Below, piece after piece: positions 49,601-60,878 of a stretch of 64,000 nucleotides of DNA. Location of the stretch: assembly GCF_963921235.1 (NCBI RefSeq), contig NC_086097.1, positions 187,366,001-187,430,000 of the forward strand, given 5' to 3'. This DNA is from Mobula hypostoma (lineage: Eukaryota). Position 1 is the first letter of the stretch. Each line of letters starts with the position of its first letter. The translations under genes were made by a program, and so were the position numbers. The notes below the pieces were generated by a model, which did no database searches, had not been told where the DNA came from, and saw nothing but the letters and a program-made list of their open reading frames with translations.

Positions 49601-50457
49601 AGAGTGTTAACCGAAATATCTTCTGTATGGTTAATTGTAAAAAAAAGCTCAATCTGTTCATTCATAAAATTAACAAAGTCCGAGTCCTGAAGCAACAGCG
49701 AATTAAAACGCCATTGTCTATTGTTTGGTATATTGGCCATAATTTTAATAGAAAGCTTAAGTGGAGCATGATCCGAAATGGTTATAGAATCATAATCACA
49801 TTTAATCACTGAAGAAATGAGACGAGAATCAATGAAAAAATAATCAATTCTTGAATAGGAATGATGAACATGTGAAAAGAAGGAAAAATCTTTTTCCTGA
49901 GGATGCAGAAAACGCCAAATGTCCGTCGACCCAGAATCAGAAAGGAAAAAATTAATCAAATTTGCAGATTTATTAGGTAAAGTCCGTAAAGGAGCCGAAC
50001 GGTCCAAAGCTGGAGATAAACAGGTATTAAGATCTCCGCCCCAAATCAATGAAAACTCGTTCAAATTCGGAAACTGATCAAACAATGATTTATAAAATTC
50101 CGGACAATCCATATTAGGAGCATAAACATTAACCAAAACTACTTTTTTATTAAATAATAAACCACTAACCAATAAAAATCTACCATTCGGATCAGAGATA
50201 ATATCCTGTTGTATAAAAGTAACTGAGGAGTCTATAAAGATAGAGACGCCTCGAATCTTAGCATTGGAGTTCGAATGAAATTGTTGTCCCTTCCAAAATT
50301 TGAAAAAACGTAGTCTGTCCCCCCTCCGTACATGGGTCTCTTGTAAAAATAAAATTTGTGCTTTAAGTCTCCGGAACACTTTAAAAACTTTTTTCCTTTT
50401 AATAGGATGATTAAGACCATTAGTATTCCAGGAGACAAAATTAATAATAGACTCCAT
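46681..50457 (-). CDS. L1 ORF2p: APE endonuclease, reverse transcriptase, C-terminal zinc knuckle (1258 aa from MESIINF)
   Basis: SWNTNGL, FLQETH, GGDLN, SRIDYF, SDHAP; KAPGPDG, YRPISLLN, SLDAEKAFD, GTRQGCPLSP, LYADD, YLGI; CDRC...HMFWSC; no stops. Confidence 0.96.
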   Translation of the reverse strand: MESIINFVSWNTNGLNHPIKRKKVFKVFRRLKAQILFLQETHVRRGDRLRFFKFWKGQQFHSNSNAKIRGVSIFIDSSVTFIQQDIISDPNGRFLLVSGLLFNKKVVLVNVYAPNMDCPEFYKSLFDQFPNLNEFSLIWGGDLNTCLSPALDRSAPLRTLPNKSANLINFFLSDSGSTDIWRFLHPQEKDFSFFSHVHHSYSRIDYFFIDSRLISSVIKCDYDSITISDHAPLKLSIKIMANIPNNRQWRFNSLLLQDSDFVNFMNEQIELFFTINHTEDISVNTLWDTFKAYIRGQIISYSVALRKKQKQEEMVIVDKIKEIDKKYVMAPSEELYKQRTELQMEHSLLLSSSIVNQLKKTRSDFYVHSDKIGKLLANQLKSNYVKSQINQIYNQNDRLILDHVGINQTFCDFYSSLYQSESPRDSKYMNDFLDKLDFPLISQDMSSLLDTSITMDEIKNVIFSMNLGKAPGPDGFTVEFYKCFASLLIPWLYKVFEASLKLGKLPESFNRASISLILKKDKDPAQCASYRPISLLNVDSKVFSKLLANRLEKVLPSIISEDQTGFIKGRYSFYNIRTLLNIVYTPSQNVPECVISLDAEKAFDRVEWPYLFKVLEMFNFSLKFISWIKLLYYSPVASVRTNSLNSPFFPLFRGTRQGCPLSPLLFDIALEPLAIAIRESLNITGITRGLKSHKLSLYADDLLLYISNPERSIPAVLELLAQFGLFSGYKLNLSKSELFPINKHLPLYYKFPFKLINNYFSYLGIKITCKHKDLFKTNFLPLIDHITQLSSKWFPLYLTLIGRINAVKMFFLPKFLYVFQALPIFVPKSFFDKVDSKISSFIWQNKNPRLGKIHLQKAKRDGGLALPNFRFYYWAINIRHMKFWLLDRDILFIPKWVALELQSVQGYTLGSILGSSLPFDSKRLKQVSNPIVKYALRIWFQFRKFFDLNQFGLAIPILGNIFFPPSFTDRAFQTWKTKGILRFLDLFLDGSLMSFEQLSNKYNLSRIHFFRYLQVRNFLSTILTSFPMLPPIYILDSIINLNPCQKGASAMIYNIIMKLRKAPFDKIRVDWEQELGLTISVDDWGQILQLVNTSSICAKHSLIQFKVVHRAHMSKDKLARFYSHINPFCDRCSGQIASLTHMFWSCPTLETFWRDIFNIISKVLNIDISPHPITAIFGLPKISSNLSPSARRMIAFLTLMAKRCILQHWKELNAPTTFFWFSQTILCLNLEKIRSNLYDSSFKFEQIWGPFIRYFHLM

Positions 50458-51176
50458 AAATCCTAAAGTCAACCCATAACAAGGAGGATTGACAATAGGC
50501 GCGACCCACAGACCCGGAGAGGAAACAGAACATACAAAAGATACCGGGGAAAAGGACGTAACCAATACTTCAATAATGTATATAGCCCAAAGAGAAACAA
50601 ACTAAAACGTGAAGCCCCTCCCACCGCCCCCCACCCCAGGACCCCAAGGCGAAATCTAAAGCAGACCCGCCAGAAAGAAGCAAGCGCTAAAACTACCCCC
50701 ATGACTTCCGGTATACGCTCCCTAAAAAAAAGGTATAAATATGAAAAGGATCAGCTAATTGTAAAACAGTAAAAAATAAGTAAAAAAAAGTTAGCTCAAT
50801 TAAAATACACACAGAACAGAACAAAAGCCGGAAAGTATATATTAAAAAAAAACCACAATAAACCTCAAACTCATGAATAGACACAGCAACAAAAAAAATA
50901 GGATTATTAACATAAAATGATTATAAAAAGCAAAACAGAATAAAATTTAAAAAAAACTACAAAATTTAAGGCCGCACAGGAAATACGTAAGATGACAAAA
51001 GGGAAGTAACCACCCAGAATCCCCTGGGAAAAGAAAGAAATGACGCAGTTAAAAAGAAAGTTTAGCAGCCATATTAAGAAATCGAAAGTAAACTTTTCTG
51101 CCCAAATAGGGCACAGAAAAGTTAAAACCAACCAATTCACAGCCTCCGATCAACGGAGAAAATTAAAAAAAGGCAA

Positions 51177-52076
51177 TTAAGATGTTGAAGATGAAAGTTG
51201 ATCCAGATAACTCTGGGCATCCGATGGAGAATCAAAAAAACGAAGAGCTCCATCTAACATGCGAATCCTTAGACGTGCAGGGTACAGCAGCGCTGGTCTT
51301 AAATCCATCTTATAGAATTCCGACATCACGGATCTGTAACGGACCCGTTGGTCCCAGATTGGTTTACTGAAATCTTCCACGAATCGGAACTTAAGATCCG
51401 AAAAATCAATGAAACCTTTAGATCGAGCGAATCGAAACAGTCTCTCCTTATCTTGAAAGTAATGAAAACGTAAGATAACATGCCTAGGTCTATCTGACCT
51501 AGACGAGTATGATGGGATTCTGTGAACACGATCCAGTAGCGGTGGTTGGTCAGGAAATACAGTAGGGAATGCATCTTTTAAAAGTTGGGAGAAATATTTC
51601 ATAGGGTTGTTAGCTTCCACGGCTTCCCTGACGCCAATCATTCGTAAATTCTGCCGTCGCATTCTAGATTCCAAGTCAGAGTTTTTAAAAGTCAAAAAGT
51701 CAAGTTTCTTCTTCATTACATTAATTGTTTCTTCGACTTTCCCCATCTTAAGCTCACTTTGTTGCGCGGATTTTTGAAGACCAGATATAGCCGACTGATG
51801 TTCCGCAATACATGTTTGCATCTTATCAATTAAATCGGCAATTTTCTGGAACTTAGTTGAGATTTCCATATGAATCAGGTCTTTAACAAAGCCCATAATT
51901 TCTGTACGAATCATCTCCCTAACAGAGGTTGAAATTTCCCTCTGAATTAACTCCGATATAGCTTCCAAAGTCACCGGTGATTCAGTCGGAGGGAGATCCG
52001 TAGCTTTCGGTTTAACCGGAGGTTTACCATCCTTGCCGTCTTTCCCGTTCTTAGACATAGCAGATCTAAGTTCCAT
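51177..52076 (-). CDS. L1 ORF1p (coiled coil, RRM, CTD), 299 aa
   Basis: Heptad-like region, then DLESRMRRQNLRMIGVRE, LDRVHR, PRHVILRF, LLYPARLRI. Confidence 0.92.
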   Translation of the reverse strand: MELRSAMSKNGKDGKDGKPPVKPKATDLPPTESPVTLEAISELIQREISTSVREMIRTEIMGFVKDLIHMEISTKFQKIADLIDKMQTCIAEHQSAISGLQKSAQQSELKMGKVEETINVMKKKLDFLTFKNSDLESRMRRQNLRMIGVREAVEANNPMKYFSQLLKDAFPTVFPDQPPLLDRVHRIPSYSSRSDRPRHVILRFHYFQDKERLFRFARSKGFIDFSDLKFRFVEDFSKPIWDQRVRYRSVMSEFYKMDLRPALLYPARLRIRMLDGALRFFDSPSDAQSYLDQLSSSTS

Positions 52077-54789
52077 CCAATTGTCAGAGAATTCAGTTTA
52101 ATTCAAAGTATTGTAAAAATTGATGCCTTAATAGTTAATTAAAGTATAGCTGACCATAGAGAGAAAAAACTCAGAGGTAATGGAGCGAGTCAAGAACGCG
52201 ACTTCACTCCATGAGCGCTACCGGAAGTCTCTCTATGTTTCTATGTTTCTATCAGGGATTATAGTGTTTTTTTTTTGTTTCATGGCTATCTCCTACCATT
52301 ATGAACACAGCGATAAAGCTCACTGGCTTCAAGATTTACCACCATAATAGGGCTCCTGAGACCTTCAAAGGCAGAAAAGGCTTTACGATTAACTCCTATC
52401 ATATGCTTTACAATTAATTCCTCGTGGTGCACAAATGTGGCGGTTTTGTCCCAGTCGTGCTCAACTGACCTGGAACATCTTGCATCAAGTGTCATGCATT
52501 TTATCTACTGCAGGAGTTTTCAGCCATCATCCTGGTAGCAGTGTACACTCCACCTCAGGCGTGCGTCAAACAGACTCTAGATGACCTAAGCTCTGTCAGC
52601 AACAGGCATGAATAGGTACACCCTGAACACATCCCCATCATTTTGGGGGATTTTAATTAGGGCAGCTTGGAAAAATCACCAACATATCACTTGTGGAACC
52701 AGAGAAGCACTGGACCACTGTTATTCTGCCATCAAGCACACTTACCAACCCATCCCACACCCACACTTTGGAAGGTGTGATCACTTGGCTGTACTTCCAC
52801 TCTCTGAGTATAGGCTGAAGACCACGGCACTAGTAGAGAGGGCCAAGAAGGTATGGCCAAGGGAGGCAGATGAGTATTTATAGGACTGCTTTGAGTCAGT
52901 GGACTAGACAGTATTCAGGGACTCATCTTCAAATCACAATGAGTACACCACAGTGGTCACTGACTGCATTAAAACCTGTGTGGATGAGTGTGTGCCTATG
53001 AGAACATACCTGGTACATATCCACATCTAGAGGCATGAATGAACCAGGAGATTCGTAGTCTGCTGAGGGCTAGATCTGAGACATTCAGGTCAGGTGACCC
53101 ATGACGATACAGGAAGGCCAGGTATAACGTATGGAGGGCTATCGCAAAAGCAAAAGAATGATTCTGATTGAAGTTAGAGGCAGAATTGGATGTATGTTAA
53201 TTCTGGCAGTGTTTGTAAGCCATTACTTCCTACGAAGCGAAACCTAACATCATGAATGGTAGTGATATTTCACTCCCAGATGAGCTTAATGCCTTTTATA
53301 CATGCTTTAAAAGAGAGAATAAAGCTATAGCTATGAGTGACCCTGTGATTTTTTTCTCTCTCGCCTTTCAAGAGGGTGAACCCTTGCAAGGCCACAAGCC
53401 CTGTTGGTATATCTGGTGGGGCTCTGAAAACCTGTGCTGACCAGCTGCGTGGTGTTTTCAAAAATATTTTCAATCTCTCATTGCTACAGTTGGAAGTTCC
53501 TACCTACTTCAAAAGAGCAATCGGTACCAGCGCCCAAGAAGAGTAGGGTGAACTGCCTTAATGACTATTGTCCAGTAGCACTCACAGCTAATTTGATGAA
53601 GTGTTTTGAGAGGTTGGTTATGGCTAGAGTCAATTCCTGCCTAAACAAGGACCTGTACCCACTGCAATTTGCCTACCACCACAATAAGTCTACAGTGGAT
53701 GGGATCTCATTGGCTCTTCACATGGCCTTGGATCACCTCGACTATACTAACACTTATGTCAGGCTGCTGTTTATTGATTACAGCTCCAGAACATGGGTCT
53801 CTGTACCTCCCTCTGCAACTAGATCCTCAACTTCTTCTCCAGAAGATCACAGTGTGCGAATTGGAAATACTGTAACTTTTCCATCCCACTGATAATCAAA
53901 ACTGGTGTACCTCAAGGATGTATGCTTGGCCCACTGCTATACCCTCTCTATCCCCACGACTTTGTGGCTAGGCACTGCTCAGATCTATCTATAATTGAGC
54001 TAACAACACAGCTATTGTTGGCAGAATTTTAGTTGATGATGGGAAGGTATGCAGGAGTGGTGGTCACAGCAACAACCTTGCACTCACATCCCAAAGTCCA
54101 AAGGATTGATTTAGGAATTTAGAAAAGGTAAGATGAGGGAACACACATGAGTCCTCATCAAAGGATTAGAAGTGGAAAGTATGAGCAAGATCCTGGATGT
54201 CAACATCTCTAAAGATATATCCTGGGCCCAACATATCGATGCAATACAAAGGAGACACAAAAGCAATATATTTAGTTAGGTTAGATTTGGTATGTTACCA
54301 AAGACATTTGTAAATTTCTACAGATGTACCATGGTGAGTATTCTAAGTGGCTGCAACACCATTTGGTGTGGGGGTGGTGGGAGGCCATTGCACAGGATCA
54401 AAATAAGCTCAGAAGTTATAAATTCAGTCAGCTCCATCATGGGCACTAGCCTCCCCAGCATCCAGGATGTCTTCAAGGAGAGATGCCTCAAAAAGGTGGT
54501 ATCCATCATTAAGGACCCTCCCCACCCAAGACCTGTCCCCTTTTCATTGTTACCATTAGGGAGGAGGTACAGGACCCTGAAGGCACACACTCAACAATTC
54601 AGGAATGACTTCTTCCATCTGCCATCAGATTTCTGAATGGGTATTGAATCCATGAACGCTACCTCACTACTTTTTTGTCTTGTTTTGCACTACGTATTTA
54701 ATTTAACTTTTAAATTATATACTGTATAAACTCCTTACTGTAATTTACAGTTTTTATTATTATGCACTGCTGCCACATAACAACGACCA

Positions 54790-55065
54790 GGCTCAAACAT
54801 CAGGCTCTTCAACAAAAGGGGATAACTACACTTGTTTTACTTCTGGTGTTCCCACTTTAAGGACTCCTTATTTTGTTATTTCCGGTTTGTTAATTATTGC
54901 TATTTATTTATATTCATATCTGCACAGTTTGATGTCCATTGATCTTGTCTAATTACTGTTCTATAGATTAGCCAATTATGCTGGCAGAAAAAGAATCTCA
55001 GGGTTGTATGTGGTGACATGTATGTACTCTGATAATAAATTTTACCTTTAACTTTTAACTTTGAA
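54790..55065 (+). mobile_element. Rex1-like 3' UTR fragment
   Basis: gaatctcagggttgtatgtggtgacatg...aataaattttaccttta tail. Confidence 0.65.
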
Positions 55066-56209
55066 CATATTTGACTCTTGAAGTACAATTGTAAAATATT
55101 GTCCACCAAGCATATAAACCTTTAAGATCTATGTCCACAGTATTGGGGTTGCTCTGAGAAACAACAGTTATTGAAGGATTAAATAAATATTATTTATTTG
55201 TATATTTGGTTTTAGACCTTAAATAAATAAATGCTTTCTCCATTAATCTACAGAAAAGTGAAGTTCCTTTCAAATAACAGAGTGCTCCTATGCTAAGATT
55301 CTTTCACTAGCCTGCAATTAAAGTTGTATGTATATGGAAATGGCTGATAATCTGAGCTCTAAGTGTTGGGTTTCTAGGGCATACCTCCCACCTAGTCAAA
55401 GACACAAAAAATTGTAAATGCTCTAGGGTAATTCAAACTAACAGATGGACAGTCATACCTAGAACAGATTGTATAAGAACTATGGGGTGCAATACAATGT
55501 CATACCATGTAGAATAGGAACATCTATAATGGCATATTGTTGAGAAGATGATTTACACCACTGTGTTTTCTATACACTTTACTTTCTTGTCTTATTCAGC
55601 ACCTTTTATCCTCTTTTATTTTTAAACATTTAATTCTGTCTGTTGCAAATTAAAATGACAAATGATCAAAGTGATTTAAAGCTTTGTTTGAAATCAGCAA
55701 AAGTAATTGCGCTAAATATAATGCCCTACTTTGTTTGAACCTGCTAGCAGTTCAGGCTCTCAGCAACGACAGGTGTACTACGATTTGCTACCTGCCACTT
55801 TTTGTAGTGTGTGATTTGTCGAAATTAATAAGACCATATGCCCTTCATTTCCATCTGTTAGATATCAGGCCACATATCAGTTCTTGTACCCTGTGGCCAA
55901 AATTTTCTGCACAGCATAAATCTTAGTTGCAGAAATGAAGGTCCTGAGAATGGTGCAGTTTAAGATGAGTCCTTGTCACTCTATTCCACTCGTTCCTATT
56001 ACATGCAGCAAGAAAATCCTGAACTGCTTTCTTGTTTTGGCCCCACCCAATTAACTTTGGAGTGCTTTGATTTACTCTTGGAACCTGGCTATTTTTAAAT
56101 CTATGTACTGTCCTATAGCAACACAATGTCAGAATTCACATGCATATTGACAACATTTCCTTCCTTCCCTAAAATATACAGCACTCAATTTGTAAAGATG
56201 CTGTTAGAT

Positions 56210-57080
56210 GCTTGTATGGACAACTCTAACTATTGGTGCATCTCTGACCAAAGAGCTGATTATTGACTTCAGGAGGAGGAAACAAGAGCTCTAGGAGACA
56301 GCCTTCGTCACAGAATCAAAGCTGGAGAGGGTCAGCAACTTTAAATTCCTTGGTGATATTATTTTGGAAGACCTGACCAGGGCCCAGCATGTAAGTGCAA
56401 TTATGAAGAAAGCACAACAGTGCCTCTACTTCCTTAGGAGTTTGCGAAGATTTGATATGACACCTAATACTTTGACAAACTTCCATAGACGTGTAGTGGT
56501 GTGTGTATTGACTGGTTGCATCACAGCATGGTATGGAAACACCAACGTAGTGGATGTGGCCCAGTCCATCATGGATAAAGCCCTCCCCACATCTGTACAA
56601 AGCATTGTCACAGGAAAGCAGCATCCATCATCAGGGACCTCCACCACACAGGACGTGCATTCTTCTCACTGCTGCCATCAGGAAGAAGGTACCTCACGAC
56701 ATACACCACCAGGTTCAGGAACAATTACTGCTCTCAACCATCAGGCTGATAAACCAAAAGGGATAACTTCTCTCAACTTGACTACATAACCATCATTGAA
56801 ATGTTCCCTCAACCAATGGACTCACTTTCAAGGACTTTTCATCTCATGTTCTTGATACTTCTTGCTTATTTATTTATTATTATTATTATTATTTGTTTCT
56901 TTTTGTATTTGCAGTTTGTTGACTTTTGCACACTGGTAGAAAGCCCAGTTTGGTGCAATCTTTCATTGATCCTATTATGGTTATTATTCTCTTATGGATT
57001 TATTGAGTAAGAAAATGAATCTCAGGGTTATAAATGGTGATATATAGATGGTCTTCAAAATAAATTTACCTTGAACTTTG
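56210..57080 (+). mobile_element. Rex1-like 3' fragment
   Basis: KKAQQCLYFLRSLRRF...LTGCITAWYGN plus UTR. Confidence 0.85.
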
Positions 57081-57780
57081 ACGTTTTTATTTTTATTCTT
57101 AGCCATTTTGAGGTTTGGGTCTGGGATTCACGCCCCGAACCTATTAATCATCATTTCATTGCCCATTTTCTTCAGAGTATGTTCCTCTCTGGCAGCTCTT
57201 AAATGTTAAAAGCAATATAAATGCAAGTTATTTTGTTCATGACCTTACAGGCAGTTATAAAGGCAGAGGATTGTATTTTTGTTGGCTTGGTTTTGTTGGG
57301 TGCCTGTTATTTTTATTAATTTCTCGAGATGTTCCACTAATATTTTCTGAAAGGGCTAACAGCAGGTAATGCAGATGAAATTTCCCATGAAGTGGGTGGG
57401 AGGCTGGTTTGGTAGAACAGGACATATGGAAAATACCATTGCTTAGACATTATACCATGAAGAAAACAATTCATTAGGGAGACCGGAATTAAAAGTGCAA
57501 AAATAAAAGGAGTACTTTATACTTTGATTTAAAGACAAGTTCCACATAGAATTTGAATTGTTAAACTAATATGGCCACCCTTCATGACAGAATTATCACA
57601 GCACTATGCATTATACCATCTGCTGTATGACATTTCTCAGGCAAGCTTTGAACAGAGACAATATTTCCTTCAGAAATGCAGGTTACCACGATAGAAAGCT
57701 TTCAATGTGACTGGATAATTCCAAGCCAGCAAAGAAGCCATCAGCCAGACTGAGCAGTCTACGTCTCAGTTGTATCTCAG

Positions 57781-58196
57781 GTAAGTGAAATACTTCATCC
57801 TTTTAAAAGGTAGCACCTTCATGATATAAAATGGCTATTGTCCTGGAAAAAGTCATTATGTTGTCATTAATCAATGGAGCGTAATCCATTGCTTTCAAAA
57901 AATGAAATAATTTCTCATGGGAGATCAAGCTTATTTTCTGAGTCCATAGTTGTTAGTTCATTAATAACAGAGGAACATTTTGGACTGGAAAGCTGAGCAT
58001 CTATTGCTTCTCAACATTTGGCCATCTTTATCAGCAAGAAAAGAATCTTTCCCTTTTTGGTATAATGACAGAAATTGTGCAAAATACTCTTGGTAGCTCA
58101 TCATGGATATGATAGTTTTCAGCTGAGTGTCACAGTTCATTAGTACCTCAAAATGCACACAGAAAGAAGATCATTATTTTCTCTCTTTGCCTACAG
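57781..58196 (+). other. Candidate spliceosomal intron of an unidentified transcript
   Basis: Consensus donor CAG|GTAAGT at 57780/57781 and strong acceptor ttattttctctctttgcctacag at 58196, in TE-free DNA. Confidence 0.4.
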
Positions 58197-59879
58197 CTAG
58201 GTACGGGGAGCCTGAGTCTACAGCATTGACCTAGTTAGCAATTTAATCTCCTTGTAGTTGGCATCTGTGATTTTACGGGAGGAGTGACCTTCAACCCCAA
58301 GTGGAGTCAGACTCACTTTGTACACGTCCTGCAGCAGAACCTCCAGTTTTTCAGCATCAAAGTGTGCAACACTGCCTACATGTCTTTTCTGTGCTATTAT
58401 TAGTGCAGTGCACTGCCACCACTATAATTTCTTCCTTGATGATGAGCTAATCCTATAAGAACTGCTGCCTTGCCAAATGCTATCCTTCCCAGCCGAGTGC
58501 ATTACAGGCTGGTTTTTAATGGCAGTTTTTGATGAGCTCATTACTTATTCAAACCAGAGAGAATTGAATATGTACAGTAGGCCAGCTACTCTACATTTCT
58601 GTATCTTACAAAATAAAATCTATAATGCAAATCTATAATGCAACATACAAGGGAAAGTTCCAAGTATTAGGCTTTGGTCCATCTGAATGGAATTATGCTA
58701 ACTTAGTACAATTTTATTTTATTTCATATTGTTTTAATGAGTTTGCATATATTTACAATATTTGTTAAGAGATATATTAAGTAATATATTTCAATCAAGT
58801 TTCTTACTTGCTATAGTATAAATGTTTGAGCTTAATTTTATGCATATAATCTGAAAGTGAATATCCTCCAATCACAGTATTTCTTCCTTAGTTTATTTAC
58901 TTTGTCTCAAATTCCGTTTCCTCTACTTTTGATTAGATTGCTTTTGTTTTGTTTAATGTGAGTCCAGTCACACTGCCTGCCCTGTCCCCAATCTATTGGC
59001 TGACAATAGACATTTTGTTGGGGAGAAGAAAATGAGAGTCGGAAAGAGGGTAATAGGGCCAGCATGACCACACATGCAGAGACTCTAGTAACTTTAACAG
59101 CAAGCTGTAAATTGAATCAATATTTATGAAGTTGCATCTGACACTCAGCTAGATTGACTATCCAATAAGCAGCTAGGATTAGGCAACTGATAACAAGACT
59201 GTGCAGGCAGGGACCCTGTCAAATCCACAGCAGTCGGTGATTGGCGGGGATTCACCTGCAGTAGAATGGTTTCTGAAGCTTCCTTTGTTGCAAGGTCAAA
59301 GGTATACAGTTCTGCAGGCCACAAAATACTCATCATGGAAACACTACTCCTCTTTCCACCAGGCCCCAAAGGATTCAAGGGCAAAGAATTTTTTATTCTT
59401 TGACCTAATTCCTTCTGTTCAGTCAGCTTCTGAATTGGAATACTGCTGGTGACCAGCAATTGATGCAATATTTTCCCTCAGTGGTCCATGAAGTCCCATT
59501 GTGTGTCAATGATATTAGCAGACTGCAGTTCAGACATCTTAAAGTAATCTCTGCCTTCAGGTTTGGAGTATCTAGGTTCAAACTGATGGAATCTTGTTTT
59601 CCAGGGTTTAAAATCTTTGCCTGAAACTTTCCTGATCACTGGGAAAGGGCATTCATATTTTATACAATGTGGCCAATGACAAGACAGATGATGGCAGTAT
59701 GAATTTATCTGATAAATTTAAGTTGGTCATGGTTAATAGATACCAGTTTCAATCTTTCAGTTGTCAGCAACTTTACATGTGATTTAAGTGGAAAAAATAG
59801 AAATTATTCCAGGAATAATAGAAAAAAAAGCCAAAACCATTGATTTATTCTTCTCAGTAATTAACTAAATTTATAGATA

Positions 59880-60235
59880 ATGAGATAGGATAGACTAGGT
59901 TTGTTTTCCCTGGAATAAAAAGGTGGAGGAGTGACCTGATAGTATATAAGATTATGAGATGGGTAGATAGGGTAGGTAGTCCAAATCCTTGCCCTGTGGT
60001 AGGAGTATCAAAAACAGGCAAGCATAGGTTTAAGGGTCAGTGGAAAGAGATTTTCAGGGGATTTCAGTGGAAAGGTTTTTGACACAGAATGGGAGAATGC
60101 TTGGTTTCTGCAACCTACTGTCAAAGGAGATGGAGGAATCGATTTAAAAGATATTTATTTCACACTTAAATAGGCAAGCCACAGAAGGAAATGGTCTTAA
60201 CATGAGTAAGTTCGATTAGTGTAGATGGGCAAAAA
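59880..60235 (+). mobile_element. Old CR1 3' fragment
   Basis: gatagactaggtttgttttccctgga...gtgacctgat...tataagattatgag. Confidence 0.65.
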
Positions 60236-60878
60236 AGGTTAAAAAAGCATTAAAGGTTCATTTATTATCAATCTATCCATATACAACTCTGAGATTCATC
60301 TTCTCCAGATAGCCACAAAACGAAGAAAGAACATGCAATGCAGCTCAGTGATGTTATAATAATGTAATTACTTTCATATAAAACAGAAAATGCTGTATTA
60401 CTCAGCACTTTGACAGCTTTGTGGAATAAACAATTCTGTTCAATGACCCATCATCGTCAATAACTTTGATGAAGATTAAGAACAGATTGAGGATATTTGG
60501 ATTTATCTGATTTTTGTGGAAAGGAGCTGCTGGAGCAATTTTCCACAGTAATAGTTACACTCAGCATTACGCCTGACTTGGAACAGCTTGGCAAGAGACA
60601 CGAATAGTTCTGAGCACAACTTCCTCAGCATTGCAACCGAGATGTTATTGCAGTCTACGGCCTTTGTTATTTTCTGTGCACACAACCTTCCAAAGGAAGA
60701 AACATGAAATGAGCATCCAGAAGCATCATTTCTTGAGACCATGCAGAGTAACGATCAGCTCCTTACACCTCAGGGACTCAATGGGAAATTGAGATGAGTT
60801 ATCATTTTCCCACCCTACTGGAAGTTGCTTGTGAATCTCAGCTTTCACATGCAAGCTAGAGTTTGTTATTGTAGTATC

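Larger units (their letters stand above)
46321..52231 (-). mobile_element. Full-length L1-clade LINE with both ORFs intact
   Basis: 5' end GAGACTTCCGG, ORF1, 719-bp spacer, ORF2, AATAAA, (AAAG)n tail, perfect 11-bp TSD tctatgtttct 46310-46320 / 52232-52242. Confidence 0.97.
42750..54785 (+). mobile_element. Near full-length degenerate Rex1/Babar-like LINE, split by CR1 plus L1 at 43081-52250
   Basis: 5' piece LPSILLANV.SLENK (43000-43076) continues after 52251 (LDHCYS, FGRCDH, LNDYCPVALT, RLLFIDYSS); possible 4-bp TSD atca 43077-43080 / 52251-52254; 5' limit approximate. Confidence 0.8.

Noticed and set aside
50458..50565. 36-aa N-terminal extension of L1 ORF2 in the ORF track (1294 aa)
   Set aside because: It starts at a non-ATG codon. 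The APE domain begins at the ATG at 50457.
60503..60742. Possible host exon (KAVDCNNISVAMLRKLCSELFVSLAKLFQ)
   Set aside because: Resembles the decayed KAxGPDxIP...LAKLFQ segment of a LINE reverse transcriptase.
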